From the NCBI RefSeq assembly GCF_964204645.1, contig NC_134025.1, positions 24,222,299-24,286,298 of the forward strand: a DNA stretch of 64,000 nt, written 5' to 3'. Below, in pieces: positions 1 through 10,960 of the stretch. Position numbers and translations under genes: made by a program. How positions within the stretch are numbered: the stretch's first letter is position 1; each line of letters starts with the position of its first letter. The notes beneath the pieces are model-generated. The model ran no database searches. It was not told where the DNA came from and saw nothing but the letters and a program-made list of their open reading frames with translations. This DNA is from Tubulanus polymorphus (taxonomy: Eukaryota; Animalia; Nemertea).

Positions 1-84
1 TGCAGCATTTCCCAGGGTTGCCACAATCTTGCAGCGGTCATTGTGCGAAGTGATTCTACCACTCTCCCTCTAGCTCGCAGACTC

Positions 85-87
<3 letters not shown>

Positions 88-166
<79 letters not shown>
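88..166. repeat. (GA)n microsatellite
   Basis: Uninterrupted GA dinucleotide run. Confidence 0.98.
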
Positions 167-168
<2 letters not shown>

Positions 169-1082
169 TACGAGCGTTAAACCGTCATTAAGCACAGATT
201 ACCATCTCCCCAGTGAAATTTTGCATCCTTTTATTATATCCGTCGTTGAAAAAAAGTATGAGGGTTGTCATGGTAAAGCGATTATAGGCGGTGCGCTCAC
301 TTTACCTGGAAAATTTTCGATTCGAAAAAAAAGTGTTCGTTCGTTCGTTAGTTTCTAGGCACTGCAAATGAAATGACATTTAAAATAGATACGAGTTGAT
401 ATATAAATATATCTGTTTGATCAATCTTTAAGTATCATGTAGATGAATGAAACGCTTTGATGTTGATTGCTTTCCAGATATATTTTTTTTCATTCGCATA
501 AAACCGAAATGATAAAGTAAGGATTTTTAAAAGAACATTCTAAAGCTATGCGCGTTCAATTTTAACCATTCGTGACTTTTGAAATTTTACTTTGATGCGA
601 TTCTAAATACGTAACAGAACCTGTAGAAAATTCCAGTTTTTTTTCGAAGGCGTAATCAAGTCGTTACCGAATAGTGATGCAGCCCGAGCAAAATGAAATG
701 AAAGTGTTATAGTACCGCACGATCGGGCTTAAATAATTTTATTGCCGTTATACTACTGTAAAACGGCATTAACGGTGTCTGGGCTGGCTGATAGATCGGA
801 CTGACTTAATTTGATTTCTGAATCTTCCACTCGGTTTTATTACGCCTAAAGTAGGAAATTTGTCCAGGCATTCTCATTCAATTAACTGCATGGATTGCGT
901 AGATTAACTTACGCGATGAAAAAAAAAGTCGCGCGTAAGAGTCTGGCTCGTATTTAGGGAAACTGCACAATTCGGCCAAAAGAACGGCATTCTCCATTAA
1001 TTTCTAGTCCGACTTGAATTTCAAAATCTAATCTTGAACTGCTGGCTTATTCATTGATAGACTGAACAGTCACAAATACTAA

Positions 1083-1360
1083 CAGAGTGGCCACTGACCT
1101 GGAAAACCTGGAAAACTCAGGGAATCAGAAAAATCTAGAAAAATCAGAACTCAAGGAATTTGACAAGTTTTGCAAAAAAACCATACAATCCTTTATCAAT
1201 AGGTGATTCATAAAAGGATGAATAAGTTATTTACATTTTACATATTTACACAGTAACATTTTAAACCACGAAATTTCTCCAATTCACTCAGTGAATTTTG
1301 TGTAATCGGGGAAAACACTCGTAAACGGGATTTGTAAATTGTTGGAAAGTGGCCACTATG
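1083..1360. mobile_element. Non-autonomous DNA transposon (MITE-like)
   Basis: 13-bp terminal inverted repeats, cagagtggccact ... agtggccactatg (1 mismatch). Subterminal cctggaaaa repeats. No clear TSD. Confidence 0.6.
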
Positions 1361-1677
1361 TTTGAGCACTACACTTTACTCAAAAATTTTGAAATAATGA
1401 TGAATCTGATCTTTCAGATAAATCATAATTCAAATATCAAATGATGACGAAGACGTTTGCTTCATGTAGCAATCTTGAATTTCTGCTTGCATGACATGAC
1501 TTCATTTTTCGCAGCCTTGGTGCTCCATGTTTTGAATATAGAATTCGCGCAACTCGCGCAACAGGACCACTGGACGACGAAACCACGCATTCAGTCACAG
1601 ATCTAGATGTAAATGAAGTTTCTTCGTCGCGCACGACATTCAAACATTAGCTCAGGATTCCGTGCGCGAAGAGATCG

Positions 1678-1717
1678 CTGATATCTGCCGAGATCTCTGA
1701 TATCTGCCGAGATCTCT
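1678..1717. repeat. 19-bp tandem duplication
   Basis: ctgatatctgccgagatct occurs twice head-to-tail. Confidence 0.9.
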
Positions 1718-1947
1718 CCGCCGTTGTCGACTTTCAGGCATTCGATAAACGTTCGAATCGCCCAGAATCCGTACGAGTCGAGCGCCCGTCGGGCACGCGC
1801 GCAATTATTTCAATTGAAATCAAGCCCGAATTTCTCGGGTCGATTGTAATTCTTTTAGAGAAAAATCATCGCTGATGAAAATGAAGACTGAAACGGCCCC
1901 TCCTCTGAGTACTGAAATATGTTTACTGAGACGGTCCCATTAATATG

Positions 1948-2130
1948 CAGAGCTGCTAACTGTCCCTGAAAATGGCTCACTGTCCCTGATGGTGTTTTTA
2001 AAATCTCTTGCTGTCCCTGAAACAATTTTCCACTGTCCCTCTAAAGATCGTTCTAATTTTTTCTAATAACGTCCCTGAAAATTTACTTCTTTTTGTCCCT
2101 GATGTGGTAATTGATAGGTTGGCAGGTCGG
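1948..2130. mobile_element. MITE-like element with internal gtccct repeats
   Basis: Imperfect TIRs cagagctgctaac ... gttggcaggtcgg. Six internal gtccct motifs resembling subterminal transposase-binding sites. Confidence 0.55.
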
Positions 2131-2136
2131 AATACG

Positions 2137-2370
2137 CAGGGGTGGATCCAGGCTAACGCTACTACTGCTACCGCTAGTACTCTCACACTTCGTATTTAAT
2201 GTGAATGATTCTTTTTTAAACAGGTCAAAATGTCATATTTTGTGGATGCGGAGAAGGATTCGGTGCCGAAAATTGACTCAGATTGCATCTCAGAGCCCTA
2301 GAAATCCTACGATATACGTGACCTTCCACAGCTGAGCAGTACTCAGAAACCTACGCTAGATCCGCCCCTG
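2137..2370. mobile_element. MITE with 5-bp target-site duplication
   Basis: TIRs caggggtggatcca ... tagatccgcccctg, flanked by atacg on both sides (2132-2136 and 2371-2375). Confidence 0.75.
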
Positions 2371-2588
2371 ATACGTGATTTCATACTAATTTAGACCACG
2401 CTGCGATTTTCATGAAAAAAGATATCGTTTCAATGACTTCATCCGACGCGCGGCAGCGTTACGGTTTTATTTTCATATTTGATACTAATCGAAAAAGCTG
2501 CTGCTGCGGCGGCGGCCGTTATACATTAATTACATGCTAAACCTGTGCTGATAAAACCTGCACAGTCTCGCGCGCAACCACCCAAACA

Positions 2589-2685
2589 ATGAGTCATCGG
2601 CACAAGCCGAAGGACTCTGATGATCTGTACGTTAACCATAAATTGATTGGATCAGCGCCGCGCGGCACTGATCACACTGGTTCAG
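2589..2685 (+). CDS. Candidate first coding exon of the BAD-like gene (MSHRHKPKDSDDLYVNHKLIGSAPRGTDHTGS)
   Basis: acaATG with A at -3, 97 nt open, CAG|gtaaac donor in phase 1, matching the phase-1 acceptor at 6346. No recognisable homology; the real exon 1 could lie upstream of the window. Confidence 0.35.
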
Positions 2686-4917
2686 GTAAACGCGATAGGA
2701 AGAGAATATTGCCAGCCACGCGCCAGCTCACCGAGCGAGAGAGGCGGCAATCTTAAATCCCTTGATTTACTCTGCTCCTGATATCTGACTAATAAATAAA
2801 CCTAACGTCTCACATGTGAGACATCATCGAAAGCCGCATATCCGCTGTTGGATAAGCTCGATGCGCAATTGTTTTTTTTTTTTTCTTAAAGCACGATTGG
2901 TGAGAATTATAGCGATGACTACTAATGAAGCTAATAAAAGACTGCAATGACAAGATGTCCTATACGCTATCCAACTTTATCTAAGTGATGGGATAATCAA
3001 TTGATATTATGTTATTGATTAGTGAAAATTATAGCAGCAGAATGTGAAGTTGTGCAACTTTCGATTGATTTTGTATTGACTAATATCATCAAAAAATCAT
3101 TAACGCTATTAATATAGTCTTTATGAATTTTTGATATCATACATTGAAAAAAGAGTTAAAGAGAATAGACCTTATTAGGCAAGATGTTATGAAACCTGAA
3201 ACTCGGGGGGCTGTGATAAATGGACCATTTTTCTTATTCTGGATCTTAAAAATGGATCAGATAAATAAACATTACAAAGCCTTAGCCTATTCCGCTTGAA
3301 ATCTAGCTGCCGCAAATGGCTTACATGTCTGAAATGAGTTCCACAGTTGTGTACTTATTGACTGAAATATCCTAAATGAATTCCTAAACCATTGATCGAA
3401 TGCCGGCAATACAGCTCTTCTTTATGATCTTACATCATACCTCTAAGTAGCGACCCTACCCTAAGCTCATAAAGCTGTTGCTTGTCCTTCCCAATTTATT
3501 TCAATTCAGGAGAGGATGGCACTCAAAAATTCAATTTGCCAATCAGAAATATTGAAAAAAGCTTCATAGAAATAACCTGCAAAATAAATCATTACTCGTT
3601 TACAATAACACACTCTTTTACACGTTGCAGGGAATGGAAATCATTTAAACACAAAGGAAATTATGTTGGCCAGCATTAGAAATTATCTTCAATGTAAGAT
3701 GATATGTTTTACATGTGTAAATCAGTTCTTGATTTATGATTTGTGTTTTATTCATTCTCGGGGTCGTATGAAAACAATGTTTCAGTTCTATAAATTACCA
3801 GTTCGTGCGTAATTCAACCTCGAATGCTTAATTCCATCGCCGATACGGGAAGTGATAGGTCTGAAGGTTATGTTATTGAGACTGACGAGTTTGTCTGGCT
3901 TGCAACTGATAATGGCGAATCTATTTCGGGAAAATGACTGTTTTGTGGTTTTTGAAGTGACCTGTTTGCTACCCGCTGCGTAGGCTCGTCGAATGCCGAC
4001 GTATCATTGAAAATTTTCTGTTATTTCAGCTAGACCGAATGAAAATATGCCATTTCCTGTTTACTCTTATCTAATTTTGTGGTCATTTTTGATGTACGAT
4101 TCTTGCATACGTTCAAATTTGCTCCATTTCCTTCTGCCTCGCGCGACGCTGTCTATTGTTTAAATGGCTCGAAATCATCGCTAGTCAAACTCGGTTTTAG
4201 AATATTTTCTAGTGATTTCCTGGGCTTTTAAGTTATTTCCACTACGAACATTCTTCGGAAACGTTTTCATTCGATACTGTGTCCGGTAAAATGATTTGAT
4301 TCGTCCGATTCAGCTAGGCAAACAACCGACTTGCTTCCTTTATTCATTGATCGATCATCTAACCTTGGATTTTGATATCTTTTACTGTAGGCCATATTTG
4401 AACTTGCCATATACAAACAAGGATAGAACTCGAGTTAAATTGATGGATTTCTCTTTCAATGTTTATTCATTTACGCTACATGAATTGTCCGATCTTATGA
4501 TTGATAAGCGGCATTAAACTAGATAAGTTGTTGCCAAAGTTTTTCAGTTCGAAGGCCAGCCGCTCTAAATGCCGAGTTTTATGATATGATCGTTATTCAT
4601 GTTGAATATCCTGTTGTCCTTATCGTTTCTTTCTTATATCCATCTCAGAGGACCGATTTGGGGCACCTCGATTGACCATTCACGTCAAATGAGCCATCGG
4701 GGAATGATTCAGACTGGTTGCGTTCTGTTCTCGAATATAACTCTTGTTGCATATAAAATGACCATGTTTAGGCTGAATATGTATCGAAAGCTTTTCGTGT
4801 TTTGGGAATATTTCCTATGGTAATACGTATGCTTCCTCTGATGCATATAAATGATAAAAGATGAGTTTAGATGGACGCGCAGAATTTCATGCTTAACTCA
4901 AAAGATGAGCGCCTTAT

Positions 4918-5246
4918 AGCCGCGATAGATGATATGGCCTGGGCCAAATTGGCACGGATCAGGCCCGAGTCAAATTTGGCCCGTGCCTAATTAGAGAGCG
5001 CATTCACATGTAAACCACTCACTCCATACTAAACAATGCTTAAACTAAATGAAGTGAGTCACTTCCAGAACCAGTAACAATTCACATGCAATAATTTTAA
5101 CCGTGCTTAAATTTGGCCCGGGCCTGGTCGGACATTTTTGGCCACTTAGGCACCCATGTGAACAGTTGTTCCAGCCCTAATTTGACCCGTCCTTTTTTAG
5201 TTGGGCCTAACAGGCATGGACCAGAATGTCTCGTGTGATTGCGGTT
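4918..5246 (+). mobile_element. Dispersed non-autonomous element, family B copy 1
   Basis: Ends agccgcgat ... gtgattgcggtt, internal ccaaatttggccc motifs. Core 5031-5065 matches the reverse complement of 17534-17568 at 33/35. Confidence 0.8.
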
Positions 5247-5555
5247 TATGTCAGATGGATCATTATTAGTTGGATACGAGACATTGTGGAATCATTTTCG
5301 ATTTACAAACGGTCAGATTAGCCGCTTGTTTAGCATAAATTCAATCATAGCCATTTCCACGTTCTGAGCTAAGTCAACAAATATGGCCGGCTTCATGTTT
5401 TAACTGATTAATTCCGCTGATCAATGAGATTCATTCACGCTTCAATGGACTCAGCCTTGTGACAGTTTCCATATCCTACGATGATTAGATGATAAAGGTT
5501 TTTCATTAATGTTTTACTCATGCAGATGTCGAACTCTCGTAGTCCCTGTTCAGAG

Positions 5556-5631
5556 AGTCATTTTTTTGGAGAATAGTTTGGAGTTAATGAAGTAGTCATT
5601 TTTTTGGAGAATAGTTCGGAGTTAATGAAGT
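5556..5631. repeat. 38-bp tandem duplication
   Basis: agtcatttttttggagaatagtt(t/c)ggagttaatgaagt twice, one mismatch. Confidence 0.9.
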
Positions 5632-6345
5632 AATGATTAAAGGTTTTTCGTGAGACACTGCCTGACAGTTCTGTTCGTGTAAACTTATAAACCTTATGTA
5701 GATCGAAACTGGATTTGAGTTTTGTTAAGTTTGGAAATCTTTTCGGAATTGAGTTGCAAAGTTTGTCTAATTCGCCCGTGTTATGAACATTGTACCGACG
5801 GAATCTTTTGGCAAATTGAAAAGGATTGATCGCGATTGCATCAATCTTTTCTCGGCTTAATTCATGCTGGATTGAAATCGCTAACAAACTAATGCAACTC
5901 AAAGGAAATTCGTTATCTGAGTTTATCCTTACCATAACAACAAACCGGAGTATCCTTTTTGATGTTTCACACTCTTTCATGTTCCGGGTAACAGAAAGTT
6001 CATTACACAATTATTTCAAATCATCGGTGAAACTTTCAAACGCAATCTACCGGAACATTCAGTGAAATTCGATTTAAGACTTGACTTCGATGCTCTCGAT
6101 ACAACACGTAAAGCAATGTAAAAAGACCTTTACGAAGAGCCCTCAAATATTATCTTAACTTGTCAACGCTGGGTTCAAAAGGAATGTATTCGATTTAAAC
6201 ATGTACGCGCAAACTTTGATCGAATATCTCGAATTAATTGCTGTTCTCGTCGTCGATTCGAAGTTAACCGACAGCAATCACCGAGGCGATCTCGGGCGGG
6301 CGATAAGAATTCTCAACGAAAACGTTTTCTTTTTGTCTCTTATAG

Positions 6346-6560
6346 CTTTGGTCGAACGGAGACCGCGACATCATTCGGATGACTTCGACATGGAGCGCGT
6401 CGCTCCTCTACCAGATCTCATACAGTTCCGTAGGGACCGATCCCGCTCGGAGCCTTCTGTCACGCCGATATTTTCGCCCGAAGAAGCCGGCGAATGGGGC
6501 CGACAGCTACGACGAATCAGCGACGAATTTCATTTTTCATACTCTTTCGAAGGGAGATTG
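6346..6560 (+). CDS. BAD: Internal exon of BAD-like BH3-only protein (phosphosites and BH3 domain)
   Basis: Acceptor ttttctttttgtctcttatag| and donor |gtaagt. Encodes (A)LVERRPRHHSDDFDMERVAPLPDLIQFRRDRSRSEPSVTPIFSPEEAGEWGRQLRRISDEFHFSYSFEGRL, which aligns to human BAD VEIRSRHSS...FRGRSRSAP...YGRELRRMSDEFVDSF. Confidence 0.88.
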
Positions 6561-6699
6561 GTAAGTAAAGCGTTTTGTAGATTTTTTTGTCGATGCGAAT
6601 TAATGCTTTATGAAAATTAACTCCAAATCAATCTATAAGCTGAATTGATGAAGAAATTTAATTGATTAAAACGGGTTGATTTTTGTGACACTTAAAACT

Positions 6700-6823
6700 G
6701 GGCCCAGTTGCACAGTCGTGCAAAGTCCAAAAATGGTATTGAATTGAGGCTAGTCCTAAGTTTTTAGACTGAAATTAGAACTAATTTGGTCTTAAAATAT
6801 GAGCATGACCATGCAACTGACCC
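6700..6823 (+). mobile_element. Degenerate copy of family A MITE
   Basis: gggcccagttgcacagtcgtg ... catgaccatgcaactgaccc; colinear with 19885-20022. Confidence 0.75.
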
Positions 6824-8585
6824 GAGGAGCTGAGTGTATGTAGATCATGATTCAAGCTATTTTGAAATTAAGGCTTGGGCCTCATGTTCAATAGATGTTT
6901 TGATTTGCTCTGTCAAATATGAATGTTCGTTAATTATTATTTGGTGTATTGTGTTTTGTAACACTCTCTAAATGTATTCATCAGCTAAATTGCCAATAGT
7001 TTCCTAGCGGGCTCATTTATCAGGGGCTTGGAAAGTGCGAATTTGATTATTCAAACAATTCCTGACGTATATTTATCAATACGAGAATCTGGTTGTAGTA
7101 ATTCGGTTTCGGCCATTAGGCGTCGTTTTGCAAATCTGATTTACGCCGTAACGAGATCACTATTGCAGTATTCCTCACTTCCCCCAGCTCCCGTTTTCAT
7201 TATTGCCTGTTGACCCCGTGAACAGTCACTGATTGAGTGGCCACTTCTTTCGCGAAAGACCTTTAGGAGAAACTGAAAATTTTCCTGAGTACTTTTTGTA
7301 AATTACGACTGTTTAATGGTCCTATCGGGACCATGCCTTTTTCAGCAATTACGACTGAAGTACTTGCAATTATCTTGGGGAGCATTTGTCCGACGTTACG
7401 AAAGCACCATTTACGATTATTTCATCTTGATTGTTGACTCGGCATGTTTTTCTTCCAAGATGCAATTGGCATTTTTCGTCGCGTTGGACTGTTGCTCCGC
7501 GCTGTAAAACTCTTTCTATCTTCATATCATATCGGCAATAAGTAAGCAAATTGTTGCTTGGTAATTTCTGATGGATATCGCTGATACATATAATCCTAGG
7601 TCCCTACCGTCGTAAACTGTGACCTGTTGCTTGTTAGATCGAGTCTCGTGGGAGGTATTAAATGCACGATCGACAATCCGGGAGGGCAGTTTTGTAGTCG
7701 ACCGGTGAAAGCATCTTCACAAATTGTCAATTCGGTAATAAATGATAATTAAGAGTAGTGGAATCATTGGGGGTGAATATTAAACATCTGTTATAAAGTT
7801 ATATGAATATTAGATTTTATAGCTGATAGCCGGATTCCGTGTTAACCAGGTATAACACCCCTGAAATTTAGCATTCATGTAGACTTATAACTTTTTGCCA
7901 GAACTTGTATCATCTTTATCGTGAATGTTGGTACGAATTTTATGTATTAAACGGGTTCAAAAGGTTGTGTAAAGGTTTCGCCGGCGATTGTTTCAGTGTG
8001 GTTTTATTTCCACGGTTTTATTATTAGATCAGATAAATGCAGCAACAGGTTGTAAAGTCACTCGTCATGACACCCGTGTCACCGCGAGGCAGAGACAAGT
8101 AGTTTAGGTCACGTATGGGTCATTTTATGTGCGGAGTTGATCGCCGAACAATGATATCACCGCTAAAACATTACGCGCAGTCATATAAACGAAGAATAAA
8201 GTTTATCGAAAGTTTATAGAGTTTAAAACTGTTTTTGAAAATTGACCGATCGTGTACATTTCGATCAGCGATGACCAATAGGTCATCCGATAGGTCATTT
8301 GGTCGTTTGATAGGTCGTCTTTATGTGAATCGTGGCAGGTCGCGGTCGCAGTTATTCAATCAGGGGCCGTCTGTAAGGTGAAACGCTGGTCAATCGTATA
8401 TGTCAATCGGAATCCACTTTCGTCGGTCTTTTGTGTTCACCTGTGAATATGACAGGTGCCTGAGAATAAAAACATTGATGGCAGCGGCCACACAACAAAA
8501 TGTCAGAACAGTGTCACAAGAGAAATAAATGCTCATTCGTGATGGAAAAATCATCATCATTTCTAACCTTCAGTAATCCTAACTT

Positions 8586-8625
8586 AGGCCACGGATCAGG
8601 CCTGAGCCAAATTTGGCCCAAAATT
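8586..8625 (+). repeat. Short fragment of family B element
   Basis: cacggatcaggcctgagccaaatttggccc resembles about 4953-4982. Confidence 0.6.
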
Positions 8626-10027
8626 TGGAACTAGTTGCAAGTCAAATACAATCAGACAGAAAAGAAATGAATTTTACCTATATCTGTAGTCACCACCAAG
8701 GAGAGAATTCCCAGAAGGCATCAATCATTTGTGTTGAGACCATGTTTATTTTCTAGTAGAGGGAAATTTGTTGATGCTGTATATTGATGCCGTACAAGGA
8801 ACTTGTGTCCCTAGTATGAATTGTGAATGATTGATGGCATTTATAGTTTCATATTTCTGCAGACCAACAGACTTAAATCATTCATATCGGTTCTAATAAT
8901 CCTCGCTGAGGATTATGAACATGACAGCGAACAACTTCGTGACTTTCTTTAGATTCAAACTCATGTTTCAACGTTGCGGTCACAGATAGTAACTTGATAC
9001 AAATGCAACGAACCTCATAAAAACGTTGCCTCCGCTTTCTTGAAAATCTGTCAAGAGTTAGAACTGTTTCTATGTTTGTGATGAAAAATTCAGCGATCGA
9101 GGACCTGATAATGATCTCAAGAGTAACGAAGAGCTTTTTTCAGCTCTTTTCAAATTTAAATGTTCTTGGATTTCTCATTCCAAAATCACAACGAGAAAGT
9201 CCTGGATACCACCATGGTGGACACAGCCACTCCCTTGCAAATGGCAGATATTTGATACCTATAGCAACCTGAGGAACTCATGCTTGAATTGTCTTAGTGA
9301 AGATGGGAGAATAGACCAAGTCAATTTACTGATATGAATATGAACACCAATGAATGACCATATATCGAAAGCCAACAAATCTGGAGCCACAATATAGGGT
9401 TATCCATCTCCAAAAGATGGAGCCACATGATAGGGTATTGTAGTCTCAGACCCCACCCCATTCTGGTGGGCGCTGATTGATTTGACTATAAGGTGCCCAG
9501 GGGGTTTATGTAAATAATGATTGACAGACTTGATTACACAGTTGACCCTCGGAAAATTGATTTAATTGTTTCCGACATGGCATTATTTCATCACGGACTC
9601 TTATACGAAAACTGAATGATAATTTCATGAGCCGAGACGTGGCGTAATATTTATACTCAATCATCCGAAATCCTGTAATGGAAAATTTGCATGGTATATC
9701 GCATGATGGCAAGAGAGCGTAGGGTATAGTGTCTTGAATTATTGATGTTATGACCACTGAACAAAGTGACCCAGAGTGTATAACACTTGTAGAGCCCTTG
9801 ATATCCAAGAATATGCAACGAACTGGTAGATCAATTATCTGCCAATGACAAAAATAGAATCTATTTTTGAAAATTTAGTTTAGTTAGTAATATTTGAGAG
9901 AAAACAGACACATAAAACACGGACACCACGTACCATTAACATGTCCATTAGCTTCAGTTTGCTCCCGCTTCCTAAAATATCAGAATTATGGTTTTTTTAT
10001 AACGATGGTTTCTATGGGCCTTGACTG

Positions 10028-10276
10028 TGGCTCCACCTACTTTTTGACTATTTTCCCACGGTATTGGCTACCTTGCCACCTGGTCAGTTTCTGTTTCCTT
10101 GAGCGGCATCTCTTTGAATTTCTTGTTCATCGGGGGGGGGGGGGGGGCGGGGGGGGTGAGCCCAATCGCAAAATAATACATCATTCGAACAATCAGTTCG
10201 TGTCCAAACATCGTATTCATAAATGGAATATAAAAGGTTAAGATTGTCTGGGGCACCCGGTTATTTGCGCAGCCTA
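10028..10276. mobile_element. Degenerate repeat, family C copy 1 (hAT-like terminus)
   Basis: Shares tggctcca.ctac...actattttcccacggt and gtctggggca...atttg..cagcc with 10707-10960. Contains a poly-G tract. Confidence 0.5.
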
Positions 10277-10706
10277 TATCGACTGACCTTTTGGATTGAC
10301 CTTTTTCCATCCTCCAGCTTTTTGAGTCTGATAAATCAATGCCTACTCATATCTGAGATTATGATTTTACCAATTTTGGGATTCGCTGTTTGAAGTCAAA
10401 ACATTGTGGCGCTTATTTGGAAGAGATATTTAGTATTCGATTCGTGATGCGGATGTTCATACCAATGAAGCGTGTTGAAACTTGCAACGGATTATGTAAA
10501 AAGCCAAATAAAATCTTCACCAGGTTTTGTGGGCAGTTGTTGATTCATCACCTGGAGTCGATCAAGGAGGCATTCCATCTGTTCCATCCTACCCACGCCT
10601 GCATTCACGCCGTCATTAGTCATGGGGGTTGAAGTTAACCACAAGATTGTGGTCAGGTTGACCGCTGAGTATCATCTCCCCCTAAGCTCAATCTCGGACT
10701 ATGATT

Positions 10707-10960
10707 TGGCTCCATCTACAATTTCACTATTTTCCCACGGTTCCACTATGCTGCCGGTCATTGTTCGACCGAACAAAAAGAAAACATCGGTCACTTTTTT
10801 CAAACAGCTGACCGCACGAGTGCCTCCTTAAGAAATTCTTTTTCGCGACTACTCGAGGGGGAATATCACAACGTTCACGCTCTGTATTATACTAAAAAAA
10901 AAAAAAACAGAATAGAAATGTCAACTTAGTCTGGGGCATGGGGTCATTTGGACAGCCCTA
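10707..10960. mobile_element. Degenerate repeat, family C copy 2
   Basis: Direct-orientation homologue of 10028-10276. Ends in cagcccta (TAGGGCTG on the minus strand, resembling hAT termini). Confidence 0.5.

Noticed and set aside
1948-2110. Spaced gtccct motifs superficially resembling a CRISPR array
   Set aside because: Repeats are only 6-11 bp with irregular spacing, lie inside a TIR element in eukaryotic DNA, and no cas genes are present.
3177-3200. aggcaagatgtt, matching the first 12 nt of miR-31
   Set aside because: The 3' half diverges and no precursor hairpin is evident.
5558-6010. 150-aa minus-strand ORF
   Set aside because: No recognisable domain, ends in a tandem duplication, and is antisense within the probable intron.
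6201-6345. N-terminal part of the 139-aa ORF (MYAQTLIEY...) and its tail after 6560
   Set aside because: The upstream part reads through a clear polypyrimidine tract and acceptor (FFLSLI), and the tail after 6560 follows a gtaagt donor. Both are best explained as intron.
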